A program made the position numbers and the translations under genes. Below the pieces are notes generated by a model. The model was not told the DNA's origin and searched no databases. It saw nothing but the letters and a program-made list of their open reading frames with translations. From the IMG/VR virus record IMGVR_UViG_3300048058_000019: a stretch of 64,000 bases of DNA. One strand, 5' to 3'. The stretch comes from a virus. Its lineage: Duplodnaviria; Heunggongvirae; Uroviricota; Caudoviricetes. This document shows positions 34,718-42,510 of the stretch, in pieces (position 1 is the stretch's first letter; each line of letters begins with the position of its first letter).

Positions 34718-34928
34718 TCTCCGCCTTGAGCTCCGAGTCGGCCCTGCTCCATCCATCAATTTCGGTTCCATCCGCTTTATCGGTGGCCTCTTGTTCGGAG
34801 TCGGCCTCGACCTCGATTGAGTAATAGACGCTATAACTCACAGTCCATTTGGGCTTCACAAGCTCTTCTCTTTCTTCTGATCTTCTCGAGAGAGATCTAC
34901 AACGGTAAATCCATTCCGGCCCCACCAC
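34704..34928 (-). CDS. hypothetical acidic protein (74 aa)
   Basis: Minus-strand ORF. Confidence 0.35.
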   Translation of the reverse strand: MVGPEWIYRCRSLSRRSEEREELVKPKWTVSYSVYYSIEVEADSEQEATDKADGTEIDGWSRADSELKAEKNGE

Positions 34929-35089
34929 GAGCCGTAACGAAGACCGTAAACTTCGTGCATCTTCTTTCCGTCACAATGTGCGTTAAAAAACTTTTTGAGC
35001 CTTTGAAACCAAGCAATATCCTTAACTGCATCGTGTTCAAATCGTTCCAACTCCCTCATTCGATCGATGCCGACTATCTTGAAATTCAT
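34856..35089 (-). CDS. small protein of the NFK-motif family (MNFKIVGIDRMRELERFEHDAV..., 77 aa)
   Basis: Begins MNFKIVGID; paralogue of 34427-34717. Confidence 0.45.
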   Translation of the reverse strand: MNFKIVGIDRMRELERFEHDAVKDIAWFQRLKKFFNAHCDGKKMHEVYGLRYGSWWGRNGFTVVDLSREDQKKEKSL

Positions 35090-35265
35090 CTTCCACTCGA
35101 GTAGAGACTACCGGTCACTGCCATGGCCAAGAACCCGATCAGCGAAAGCGGCCAGATAGCCATCAGCCCGATACATTTCCAATCGACACGTCTCCCGCGT
35201 TTAGGACCCCAGAAGGCCGTTAGCCCGAGTAACATGATTATCAAGTACGCCCATACCCAAATCAT
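35086..35265 (-). CDS. tiny membrane protein (MIWVWAYLIIMLLGLTAFWGPKRGRRVDWKCIGLMAIWPLSLIGFLAMAVTGSLYSSGR, 59 aa)
   Basis: ATGA overlaps with both neighbours; two hydrophobic segments. Confidence 0.35.
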   Translation of the reverse strand: MIWVWAYLIIMLLGLTAFWGPKRGRRVDWKCIGLMAIWPLSLIGFLAMAVTGSLYSSGR

Positions 35266-35510
35266 TTCTTATCATGGTCACTTGCATGACCAAGCGCCGC
35301 TGCTTGAGCTAAAAGGCCCCATAAAAGCATCACTATGGCGATGGGAACAGAGATCCAAGGGGTCATCCACATGTTTTTGATGAGTTCGATACATCCCTCT
35401 TGGCCTACGATGTCCTGAAAAAGAGACATGGCTGCAGCCATAGAGAGAACTCCGCACCACCATGAAGTCCCAGCAACAGACTTCATTGAATGTTTCTTCT
35501 CTTTTGCCAT
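35262..35510 (-). CDS. small membrane protein (82 aa)
   Basis: Two predicted TM helices (SWWCGVLSMAAAMSLF, WISVPIAIVMLLWGLLAQAAAL). Confidence 0.45.
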   Translation of the reverse strand: MAKEKKHSMKSVAGTSWWCGVLSMAAAMSLFQDIVGQEGCIELIKNMWMTPWISVPIAIVMLLWGLLAQAAALGHASDHDKK

Positions 35511-35810
35511 TTAATCCTCCGGCTCAATAGAGAAGGTCAGAGGGAATTTATTCATTCGGGCTATCGCGTGAGCCTTCTCTACATGGAATTCAGCTCGTTC
35601 GAGAGGTTCCACCACAACCAGGGCTACTTGCTTCGAGTGAGCCTCGAGCATGATCCGCGTAGATTCCGCGAGATCCTTATTGAAGACTTTGGATAGAACC
35701 AGAACTACGAAATCCATCGGAGTCTTCGGATCATCGTGGATGAGTACCCGATACATCTTGATGTATCCGGTACGCGTTTTAGTCTCCTGAATGGTATCCG
35801 TATCAGACAC
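35511..35810 (-). CDS. clpS: ClpS-like N-degron adaptor (copy 2)
   Basis: YRVLIHDDPKTPMDFVVLVLSKVFNKDLAESTRIMLEAHSKQVALVVVEPLERAEFHVEKAHAIAR matches the ClpS core. The two copies are only about 30% identical to each other. Confidence 0.75.
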   Translation of the reverse strand: MSDTDTIQETKTRTGYIKMYRVLIHDDPKTPMDFVVLVLSKVFNKDLAESTRIMLEAHSKQVALVVVEPLERAEFHVEKAHAIARMNKFPLTFSIEPED

Positions 35811-36150
35811 ATCGATCTCCTTCAGGGAGAGTTTCTTCGAACTGAGTCAGCTTGCCGGTCAGAGGCGAACGTCGCCGTAGCTCGTGTTCCTCTACTTGCG
35901 GAGGAGGAATGGGCTTCTTATCGGCCAACTCGATATAATCCTTGTCATGGACAACAGTCCGTCCGTTAATAGACGTCACGAGATTCCTCTTCTCGTTCTC
36001 CATCAGGTCATACTCGAAAAGGACGATCGTCCCGATTTCAAGTCCTGACTCACGGAGACGAATGAACTCGTCCAAAGCTTCCTTTTCGTTCTCTTCCTGA
36101 TAAAGGTTGATATACTCAGCTTTCCAATCAACCACGCCAAAAAGCTTCAT
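35803..36150 (-). CDS. hypothetical protein (115 aa)
   Basis: Minus-strand ORF. Confidence 0.45.
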   Translation of the reverse strand: MKLFGVVDWKAEYINLYQEENEKEALDEFIRLRESGLEIGTIVLFEYDLMENEKRNLVTSINGRTVVHDKDYIELADKKPIPPPQVEEHELRRRSPLTGKLTQFEETLPEGDRCV

Positions 36151-36848
36151 TACAGACTCTCCTTCAGCTTTTGAACAACCTCATCAATATGAGATACACC
36201 TGAAGGAGGTGGAGCACACCTTACTCCATGGTGTTCATTACGACGACTCAAAGTCTCCGTCGAGCCTCCAGGACGGGTCCACCAAGAATCAAGTGCCCAC
36301 TTATCCTCAATAAGGTCGTAAAGAGCGACCATGTTGGGGTGAGCGTTGTGATAACAACTCGTTGCGAGGTTAACCAAGATGGCGATTGCATCAGGCTTAG
36401 TATCCGGTTTAGCCAGTTCCTGGTCAGAATAGCGACGGTAAATAATCCTCTTACACTTGGCTTTGTCGGCTCTTATCAGGGTAGGAGGACCTTGATTGGG
36501 ATGTTTAACCTTACACCAAGAATATTTACATCCTGCATCAAAGTGCTTGAGAGTCTCTCTAAGCCGATCTTCATTGTGACGCCCCCAACCGAAAAAGCTC
36601 GAACGTTTCTCAGAGCGGTAGTCAGCTAAGTCCTTTATAACTCTTTCTCTTGTCATGCTATGGACTTCACTGCATTGCCAGTTTGTCCGCTGAGCCCTGT
36701 TCTCGTAAATGGCACTCTTTTCTTTGTAGCCACAATCTTCGTGAGTACACGTCTCCGACAGTGTGGTACGCTTAAAAAAGCCGAGAGTCTCGGCCTCCAA
36801 GACGAACGCTTTATGCTTAAGGAGGGGTTCTTTCTTCATCGGTCCCAC
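36150..36848 (-). CDS. hypothetical Cys/His/Trp-rich protein (232 aa)
   Basis: Minus-strand ORF; no motif recognised. Confidence 0.5.
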   Translation of the reverse strand: MGPMKKEPLLKHKAFVLEAETLGFFKRTTLSETCTHEDCGYKEKSAIYENRAQRTNWQCSEVHSMTRERVIKDLADYRSEKRSSFFGWGRHNEDRLRETLKHFDAGCKYSWCKVKHPNQGPPTLIRADKAKCKRIIYRRYSDQELAKPDTKPDAIAILVNLATSCYHNAHPNMVALYDLIEDKWALDSWWTRPGGSTETLSRRNEHHGVRCAPPPSGVSHIDEVVQKLKESL

Positions 36849-37342
36849 TCATTCCCGCCCAATTCAACTGGCTCCACTTTCATGCCCTTAGGAATCCGAC
36901 TCCGGTAAACGAAATAGATCAACTCGCCATCCTTGATGTGGCGAAAACGCCTCTTAATCCAGTCGGATTCAGGCTTCTTGCGTCTATCGTCAGTCACAAG
37001 CTTCCAGGTTGATTCACCTTCATTACCTATAATAGAAACCCATGCTCTCCTGGTATAAGGGGAGTTGGTCGCCTCAACCAAGGAAGCAATCCTATTTGCC
37101 GGATTTGCGATACCTTTACGGCGAAGAACGATGTAATGTGTCATCACGAGATAAGCATTGTCCTCTTCCAGTTCTCGGGGATGCTCTTTCCACCCGAAGG
37201 AGAGGTGATAATACGCTTGTAGCTTACTCAGCGGATCCTTTGGGAGAGGTTTGAGATGACTCACTACTCCAACTTTTTCGTCCGAGATCAAGCTACAACC
37301 GTCCTTCCATCGGCACCGTCGCGCCACTTGATCTTGATCCAA
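36836..37342 (-). CDS. hypothetical protein (168 aa)
   Basis: Minus-strand ORF. Confidence 0.5.
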   Translation of the reverse strand: MDQDQVARRCRWKDGCSLISDEKVGVVSHLKPLPKDPLSKLQAYYHLSFGWKEHPRELEEDNAYLVMTHYIVLRRKGIANPANRIASLVEATNSPYTRRAWVSIIGNEGESTWKLVTDDRRKKPESDWIKRRFRHIKDGELIYFVYRSRIPKGMKVEPVELGGNEWDR

Positions 37343-37914
37343 TTGGGGTTCTTCTTCGACTCCTTCGTGTCTCCAACCAACTTGCTGAGCTTCCCCTTAA
37401 GGACGATCCCCTCGGTCGTCTTATCCGTCTTCGACCAAGCGAAGAGCTCCGAATAAGGAGTGAGACTCTTCCCATCAGAAACCCACTTGGGAAGCTGAAG
37501 CGGGAAAGCCTCGGGGTCATCGAGTTTCGAGAACACGCCCTCGAAAATCTTAATCACCTTGTCCCAGCGAAAGGCTTCGGGATCTCTTCCCAACCACTCT
37601 CCGTTGAACCAAGGCATCCCGATTACATATAGCAGTTCTGGCCCATCGTAATCAGGGCGACGGCGCATCCACTCAGTATCGAGGACGGTGGCTGGGGGAA
37701 GGTCCAAGAACTTAACGGCCTTCCTCATCTCGTCGGCGACGGGAAGAGGCTTATTAACTCTCGACCAGAATGAGATATCGTCGTTGATGGTCACAGCACA
37801 TCGCCATCCGTCATACTTCGCGGTCGCGATGTAGCCGCCCTGCATATCGAGATCAGGGAGGGATTTAGGGTCCCTACGCCAGGGCTTGTCGGGGAATCTA
37901 CGAAGCAAATTCAT
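37288..37914 (-). CDS. minimal ATP-dependent ligase (nucleotidyltransferase domain only, 208 aa)
   Basis: Motif I ATAKYDGWR; motif III VLDTEWM; motif IV TEGIVLKG; motif V PNWIKIKWR. All of these fall within 208 aa, leaving no room for an OB domain. Confidence 0.6.
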   Translation of the reverse strand: MNLLRRFPDKPWRRDPKSLPDLDMQGGYIATAKYDGWRCAVTINDDISFWSRVNKPLPVADEMRKAVKFLDLPPATVLDTEWMRRRPDYDGPELLYVIGMPWFNGEWLGRDPEAFRWDKVIKIFEGVFSKLDDPEAFPLQLPKWVSDGKSLTPYSELFAWSKTDKTTEGIVLKGKLSKLVGDTKESKKNPNWIKIKWRDGADGRTVVA

Positions 37915-38300
37915 TTTCTCTCCTCCGGGTTACCACAATAAATGCAATGATCTTCATTCTCCTGATGAGCATCGTGATCGGAAGGAATTGTGTAGTGTTT
38001 ACCATCAATTCCTTCAACGTAGTTGTCCTGTCCATCAGAATAAGAATTCTCTGGGCAGGTGCTGTAATAGTGGCAGGCGCTGTCTGGAGACTTCTTGCAA
38101 CGCCAACCAAAGTCCTTACCGCAGCCAACACACCTTGCCCCAACGGACATCCATTCGTCCGCTAGATCCTTTGAAGACAGTGGAGAGAAGGAATGTTTAC
38201 ACTCTTCCGTCAGTTTCAGAATCGCTCTCCTGAGATCAAGACACTTGCTCTCAAGGGAACGAATCAAGGCTCGACGGTCTTTATGCGACAAGTCGTTCAT
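37911..38300 (-). CDS. Cys/His-rich hypothetical protein (129 aa)
   Basis: Contains several CxxC/CxxxxC pairs (CVGCGKDFGWRC, CHYYSTC, CIYCG). Confidence 0.45.
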   Translation of the reverse strand: MNDLSHKDRRALIRSLESKCLDLRRAILKLTEECKHSFSPLSSKDLADEWMSVGARCVGCGKDFGWRCKKSPDSACHYYSTCPENSYSDGQDNYVEGIDGKHYTIPSDHDAHQENEDHCIYCGNPEERK

Positions 38301-38318
38301 CTCTCCACCATTAAAGAG

Positions 38319-38347
38319 GGTGGGCCGGGGAGTGGCCCCGGCCCACC
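38319..38347 (-). terminator. probable intrinsic terminator (12-bp GC stem)
   Basis: ggtgggccgggg (38319-38330) pairs perfectly with ccccggcccacc (38336-38347). On the coding (minus) strand it is followed by CUCUUUAAU. It sits between the stop of 38382-38987 and the start of 37911-38300. Confidence 0.45.
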
Positions 38348-38381
38348 GAAGACAGGAGGGTGCACTACGACAAAAAGAACG

Positions 38382-38987
38382 CTAAGCTCTCTTCACCGAA
38401 GCCTTCACCGGCCGAAGGATTCCGGCGTCAATCAGCTTGTTAGCCTTCTTCGCCACGTCGGGATTCGTGGACCGACCCTCGTGAAGGGCGTCGGTCGGCT
38501 TGATGAACTGCTTCACTTCGAAGTAGTTCTGGAAATTCTCCGCGCCAACCGCATTGATCAGCTTCTGGAGGATTGCCTGATCACTGAGAGCGGCGTCCGT
38601 GAGCGAGATCTCAGTCACGTCCTTGAAGAGATGGGCCTTGTCGTCACCGAAAGCGTCTTCAAGTTGGCCGTTGTCGGAAGGGTCAATCGGAGAATACTTG
38701 TTCGCCACACTGACGGTGATCTTCCCATCGACCTTGACGGACGAGTAATACTTGCCGTCCCTGCGACACTCTTCGAGCCGCTTCTTTTCAACGGACTCCA
38801 TGAAGGTATCCGCAGTCTCTTCCTTGCGGGACTTTGCGTCCTTTTCGTCCATGTGGGCTTGACACCACTTGTCGATCTGTTCCCTCAGATCGGGCAGTGA
38901 GACCGTGGGGGTTTTGGACTTGGACTTCCCGGCGGGTTTCTTACTGGCAGCCTGGGCCAGCATTCCAGCAACATCGAGCTTCGCCAT
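38382..38987 (-). CDS. hypothetical protein (about 201 aa)
   Basis: Trimmed to the ATG at 38987 (MAKLDVAG), which is preceded by AAGGAGATGGTCG. Confidence 0.5.
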   Translation of the reverse strand: MAKLDVAGMLAQAASKKPAGKSKSKTPTVSLPDLREQIDKWCQAHMDEKDAKSRKEETADTFMESVEKKRLEECRRDGKYYSSVKVDGKITVSVANKYSPIDPSDNGQLEDAFGDDKAHLFKDVTEISLTDAALSDQAILQKLINAVGAENFQNYFEVKQFIKPTDALHEGRSTNPDVAKKANKLIDAGILRPVKASVKRA

Positions 38988-39139
38988 CGACCATCTCCTT
39001 ATCAAGTGGGTTCGTCGGCTTTTCGTTGGCGGACGGCAACATGCCGCCTCGCAGACCTCAGATTAGCGTCCTGAACCCAGTGTCAGGAATCAAGTGTCAA
39101 ATACAGCAGCGAGGGCCACCACCAGCCCATCACGGGCGG

Positions 39140-39523
39140 TCAGCGGCCGCAATCATCCGTTGGCTCGACCAGCCACTTGGTCCATTCCAACGGTTTGAGG
39201 GCACATTCAAGGAGTTCAAAATAGTTTGGTCTACTCAAGCAAGGTACAGCAATCGGTTCGAAAAATGATTTGGGGAGTTCTTTCTCCTCTGCTGGATAGA
39301 TGGCGGCCTCACGATACATTGAATTAGCCCCATTGTGAGATTTAACAACCAGATAAGCTGCCGCACGTCTCTTCGGTTCCCACCCCGCCCCCGTGAGCAA
39401 GGGAATTGGCCCCAAAGTTGCTCGAATAAAGACTACCTCAGGCAGGGAGGGGTCGGCTTGAGCGGCCCAGCCTCGCTCCCTTAAACCTTCTGCTACTAGT
39501 TCAGCTGCGCTCGGTAACCCCAT
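39140..39523 (-). CDS. hypothetical protein (127 aa)
   Basis: Minus-strand ORF. Confidence 0.45.
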   Translation of the reverse strand: MGLPSAAELVAEGLRERGWAAQADPSLPEVVFIRATLGPIPLLTGAGWEPKRRAAAYLVVKSHNGANSMYREAAIYPAEEKELPKSFFEPIAVPCLSRPNYFELLECALKPLEWTKWLVEPTDDCGR

Positions 39524-39728
39524 ATTTCTGGTGTTCTTTAATGAGGAGGTCAGTCAGGGCTTCTTTCTCTTCTTCGAGATGGGCAACCTTCTTCTGGAGA
39601 TTGTTCCGCTCCGTGTCAAGATTCGTGTAGCAAAACGAACACACAACATGTGAATCTGTTTTAGGACTATGTTTCTTAGAAGGACAGAAAATGTCCTCTA
39701 ATTCAACGTTTTTCATATCAGAAGCCAC
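39501..39728 (-). CDS. hypothetical coiled-coil/Cys protein (75 aa)
   Basis: Minus-strand ORF. Confidence 0.4.
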   Translation of the reverse strand: MASDMKNVELEDIFCPSKKHSPKTDSHVVCSFCYTNLDTERNNLQKKVAHLEEEKEALTDLLIKEHQKYGVTERS

Positions 39729-39782
39729 AGGATGAGAGTTACAAAAACCACGGCGTCAAACACCATCAACAAAGTGAAAGGA

Positions 39783-40244
39783 TCACAGTTTCGATAGAGC
39801 TTTGTCCACATGGCTGCTCAACCACGCTTTATTGAGTGAAGGAATCCGGAAACGTCCCCGTTTATTGAGGGGTCTTAAGTAGAGGATTCTCTTGCCCTCT
39901 TCGGGATGCATCATCTCAATGATGTATTCATGTCCATCGTAAAGAGCAAGTGACGTGTGTCCCTGTTGCTGAACGATGAGAGCTACGTTCTTATTGGGGT
40001 TCGCCAATTCACCGATCTTTAGATTATATTGGTTGTCATCGAATGTGAAGGGAGTCACAGATGCGTAACGACGCTCTGGGATGTTGATGACAAATGCCTC
40101 CTCAGCACAAGTCAACTTCAGACCCGGTGAAGTTTCCATCTTTAGAACCTCTGTCATCATAATGACAGGTTCACCATGTTGGCACTCGCCGGGGAAATTT
40201 GGGTGCATCTTCCGATAGAGACACCCGCAGCTTCTACGCTTCAT
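39783..40244 (-). CDS. hypothetical protein (153 aa)
   Basis: Minus-strand ORF; N-terminal CGCLYRKMHPNFPGECQHG. Confidence 0.45.
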   Translation of the reverse strand: MKRRSCGCLYRKMHPNFPGECQHGEPVIMMTEVLKMETSPGLKLTCAEEAFVINIPERRYASVTPFTFDDNQYNLKIGELANPNKNVALIVQQQGHTSLALYDGHEYIIEMMHPEEGKRILYLRPLNKRGRFRIPSLNKAWLSSHVDKALSKL

Positions 40245-40473
40245 CGAATTTCACTCCTAATCCTTCAAGCTCTTTACGAGCAAGATCAAGATACCTGCGC
40301 TTTTGATCTCTATCCATCTTCTTCCAAGTCCCAGCACGAGCAGGGAGCTCAATATTGTCTAGAGATTTGCGACCATCTCTAAACGTAGATTCAATGTACT
40401 TGAGCTTGCTCTCCGGCGAGGTGTAGAAGTGTTGCTGGGCGTAGAGATCAACCAAGAATTCGGAAGGTGTCAT
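40234..40473 (-). CDS. hypothetical protein (about 79 aa, MTPSEFLVDLYAQQ...)
   Basis: Trimmed to the internal ATG that overlaps the stop of the upstream small ORF as ATGA. Confidence 0.4.
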   Translation of the reverse strand: MTPSEFLVDLYAQQHFYTSPESKLKYIESTFRDGRKSLDNIELPARAGTWKKMDRDQKRRYLDLARKELEGLGVKFDEA

Positions 40474-40634
40474 GATTTCTTGGCGCGCTTGGTGTCCCAC
40501 CAAGGCATCTGAGTCATGGCATCAGTATCAAAATGATCCTTACACATGTGCACGTCACCGATGCCATCGACCCACACATGTTCGAGCATTGCGTCCGTAC
40601 CGCGAGCTTCACAAACGTAGCAGAAGGGTTCCAT
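40470..40634 (-). CDS. small Cys/His protein (MEPFCYVCEARGTDAMLEHVWVDGIGDVHMCKDHFD..., 54 aa)
   Basis: Fills the coding-strand gap; the competing plus-strand ORF 40533-40835 is antisense. Confidence 0.35.
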   Translation of the reverse strand: MEPFCYVCEARGTDAMLEHVWVDGIGDVHMCKDHFDTDAMTQMPWWDTKRAKKS

Positions 40635-40658
40635 GTTGCTTTCCTAATTAGACATCCC

Positions 40659-40808
40659 TTAAATACTACGGTCTCGTTTCATTCGTTCCTCACGAAAGGG
40701 ATTAGCCATGTCAGGGACTCCTTTTGGCTTCTTCCCAAGATAGCGGCAAAGTTCAAAACCGCCGACAATAAAACAAAAGAGAACAATAACCCCGATAATC
40801 CAGATCAT
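40659..40808 (-). CDS. tiny membrane peptide (MIWIIGVIVLFCFIVGGFELCRYLGKKPKGVPDMANPFREERMKRDRSI, 49 aa)
   Basis: ATGA overlap with 40805-41134; one TM helix. Confidence 0.35.
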   Translation of the reverse strand: MIWIIGVIVLFCFIVGGFELCRYLGKKPKGVPDMANPFREERMKRDRSI

Positions 40809-41134
40809 AACGGCCCCATTTCTCTTATTCGCTGACCAACAACATGGTCATTGTAGGACCGAAGCATCCTGTAGAACTTCGGGAAGAACTCAGGATCAGC
40901 AGCAGGTAACTCTATTCCCGATTCAGGAAGGTGCATGTGTTCGAGGTTTTTTATCCACCTTACACTAGCGTCCTTAATGAGGAAAACAACGTTAGCAGTT
41001 TGGTGTTTAGGGAGATGATAGAGATATCGATACCCTAAATGCTCCCCCGTATGCCACTGACGAGGACTCGCATGAGCATCGTACTCACTCTGAGCCGCCA
41101 ACCAATCCTTGATGATCCATTGTAGGTGGATCAC
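40805..41134 (-). CDS. hypothetical protein, DPxFF-motif family member (109 aa)
   Basis: Contains LPAADPEFFPKFYRMLRSY. Confidence 0.45.
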   Translation of the reverse strand: MIHLQWIIKDWLAAQSEYDAHASPRQWHTGEHLGYRYLYHLPKHQTANVVFLIKDASVRWIKNLEHMHLPESGIELPAADPEFFPKFYRMLRSYNDHVVGQRIREMGPL

Positions 41135-42510
41135 TTATCACCAAGAACGATATTCAGGATTTCGTAGGGATCCTTTAAACCCTTCTCATACTGAACCTCT
41201 CGGCACTTCTTGATGATGGTACCGAACTCTGGCGAGGGTTTCATATCGCGCTCAAGGAGATGTCTACCCATCACGACATCCTTCTCGGGCCTCTTATCAA
41301 CGGAAATAACCCGAGCCATCCGCATGAACTCGTCGCCATGTTTGAAATCCTTGGCGAGAGCATCCGGTGACGTGCGGCCGAAGTGATCGGCGGACGACAC
41401 TTTGTAAAGCATTTCCATCGTCGTGCCAGCCTCAGCTAAACGCCGGGCGAGCTTACGATAGCCCTTCGGGCCCACATTCGACTTTGGATGGGCGAAGTGT
41501 GCCGGAGCAAGATGGTCCTTGACCAAAGCAGATACCTGCGACACCAGGGCGAGCGGCGCTCGGAGTCGCTCCAAGAAGGCACGCGCAGGTTCCATACCTG
41601 CTTCTTCATGCCCGCGAGCCCTCCACCGACCCTCCTCAAATTGGGTCGTAGCGGCCTTACCGAAATCGTGAGCCAAAGCTCCAAACATCAGCGGGAGGTC
41701 GTGCTCGGGGACTCCCGTCCGCAGTTCAGCGGCGCAGTCGATCACCATCAGAGTATGGATATAGACGTCCCCCTCAGGATGCCAAACGGGATCCTGCTGA
41801 ACATCAACGAGGTTATGGATCTCGGGAGCGATAATCCTATTGGCGTCGATTTCCTGTAAGAAGGCCACTCCTCGCGAGGGCTGAGATCCCTTGAGGAGAA
41901 GCTTGACCCACTCTTCCCAGAGTCGCTCGCCTGGAAGCTCCTTAAGAGCGTCAACAGTCGCTTTACACAAATCCAACGTCTCCGCATCCGGGCGTAGGTG
42001 GAATCGGGCAATAAACTGTGCGGCCCGCAAGATCCGAAGGGGATCCTCAACGAAGGTCTGGGGATCGGTAACACGGATGATCCTCTTACGGAGATCATCC
42101 TGCCCACCGAACGGATCGATGATCTCGCTGGTAAGAGGATCCATCGCGATGGAGTTCATCGTGAAGTCACGCCTACGCGCAGCATCTTTGATGGACATGG
42201 AGGGATCCGGCTTAACCGTGAAACCCTTATGACCAACGCCGATCTTGGAATCACGGCGGGGAACCGAGATATCAAAACCTCCAACCTTTAAGATGCCAAA
42301 AGCCCTACCTACCGCGTGGACGTCCCCAAAACGCTTCAGGGTGGTTTCGAGACGCTCCATAGGGAGCCCATAGACTTCGATATCGACATCCTTAGGAGGT
42401 AAGCCTAGAAGTTGGTCGCGGACATAGCCGCCTACAACAAGAGCTCGACCACCTTGGCGGCGGATCGAATTTGCGATTTCTTTTACTTTGGTGTCCATAT
42501 CTCTCCTCAC
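41131..42510 (-). CDS. cca: CCA-adding tRNA nucleotidyltransferase with HD domain
   Basis: N-terminal Pol-beta NTase head (GGYVRDQLLGLPPKDVDIEV), then an HD domain (HTLMVIDCAA...LAHDFGK). At 459 aa it matches the bacterial class II CCA enzyme architecture. Confidence 0.8.
   Translation of the reverse strand: MRRDMDTKVKEIANSIRRQGGRALVVGGYVRDQLLGLPPKDVDIEVYGLPMERLETTLKRFGDVHAVGRAFGILKVGGFDISVPRRDSKIGVGHKGFTVKPDPSMSIKDAARRRDFTMNSIAMDPLTSEIIDPFGGQDDLRKRIIRVTDPQTFVEDPLRILRAAQFIARFHLRPDAETLDLCKATVDALKELPGERLWEEWVKLLLKGSQPSRGVAFLQEIDANRIIAPEIHNLVDVQQDPVWHPEGDVYIHTLMVIDCAAELRTGVPEHDLPLMFGALAHDFGKAATTQFEEGRWRARGHEEAGMEPARAFLERLRAPLALVSQVSALVKDHLAPAHFAHPKSNVGPKGYRKLARRLAEAGTTMEMLYKVSSADHFGRTSPDALAKDFKHGDEFMRMARVISVDKRPEKDVVMGRHLLERDMKPSPEFGTIIKKCREVQYEKGLKDPYEILNIVLGDK

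Noticed and set aside
38193-38900. 235-aa plus-strand ORF
   Set aside because: Antisense to 38382-38987 and 37911-38300. There is no supporting RBS or motif.
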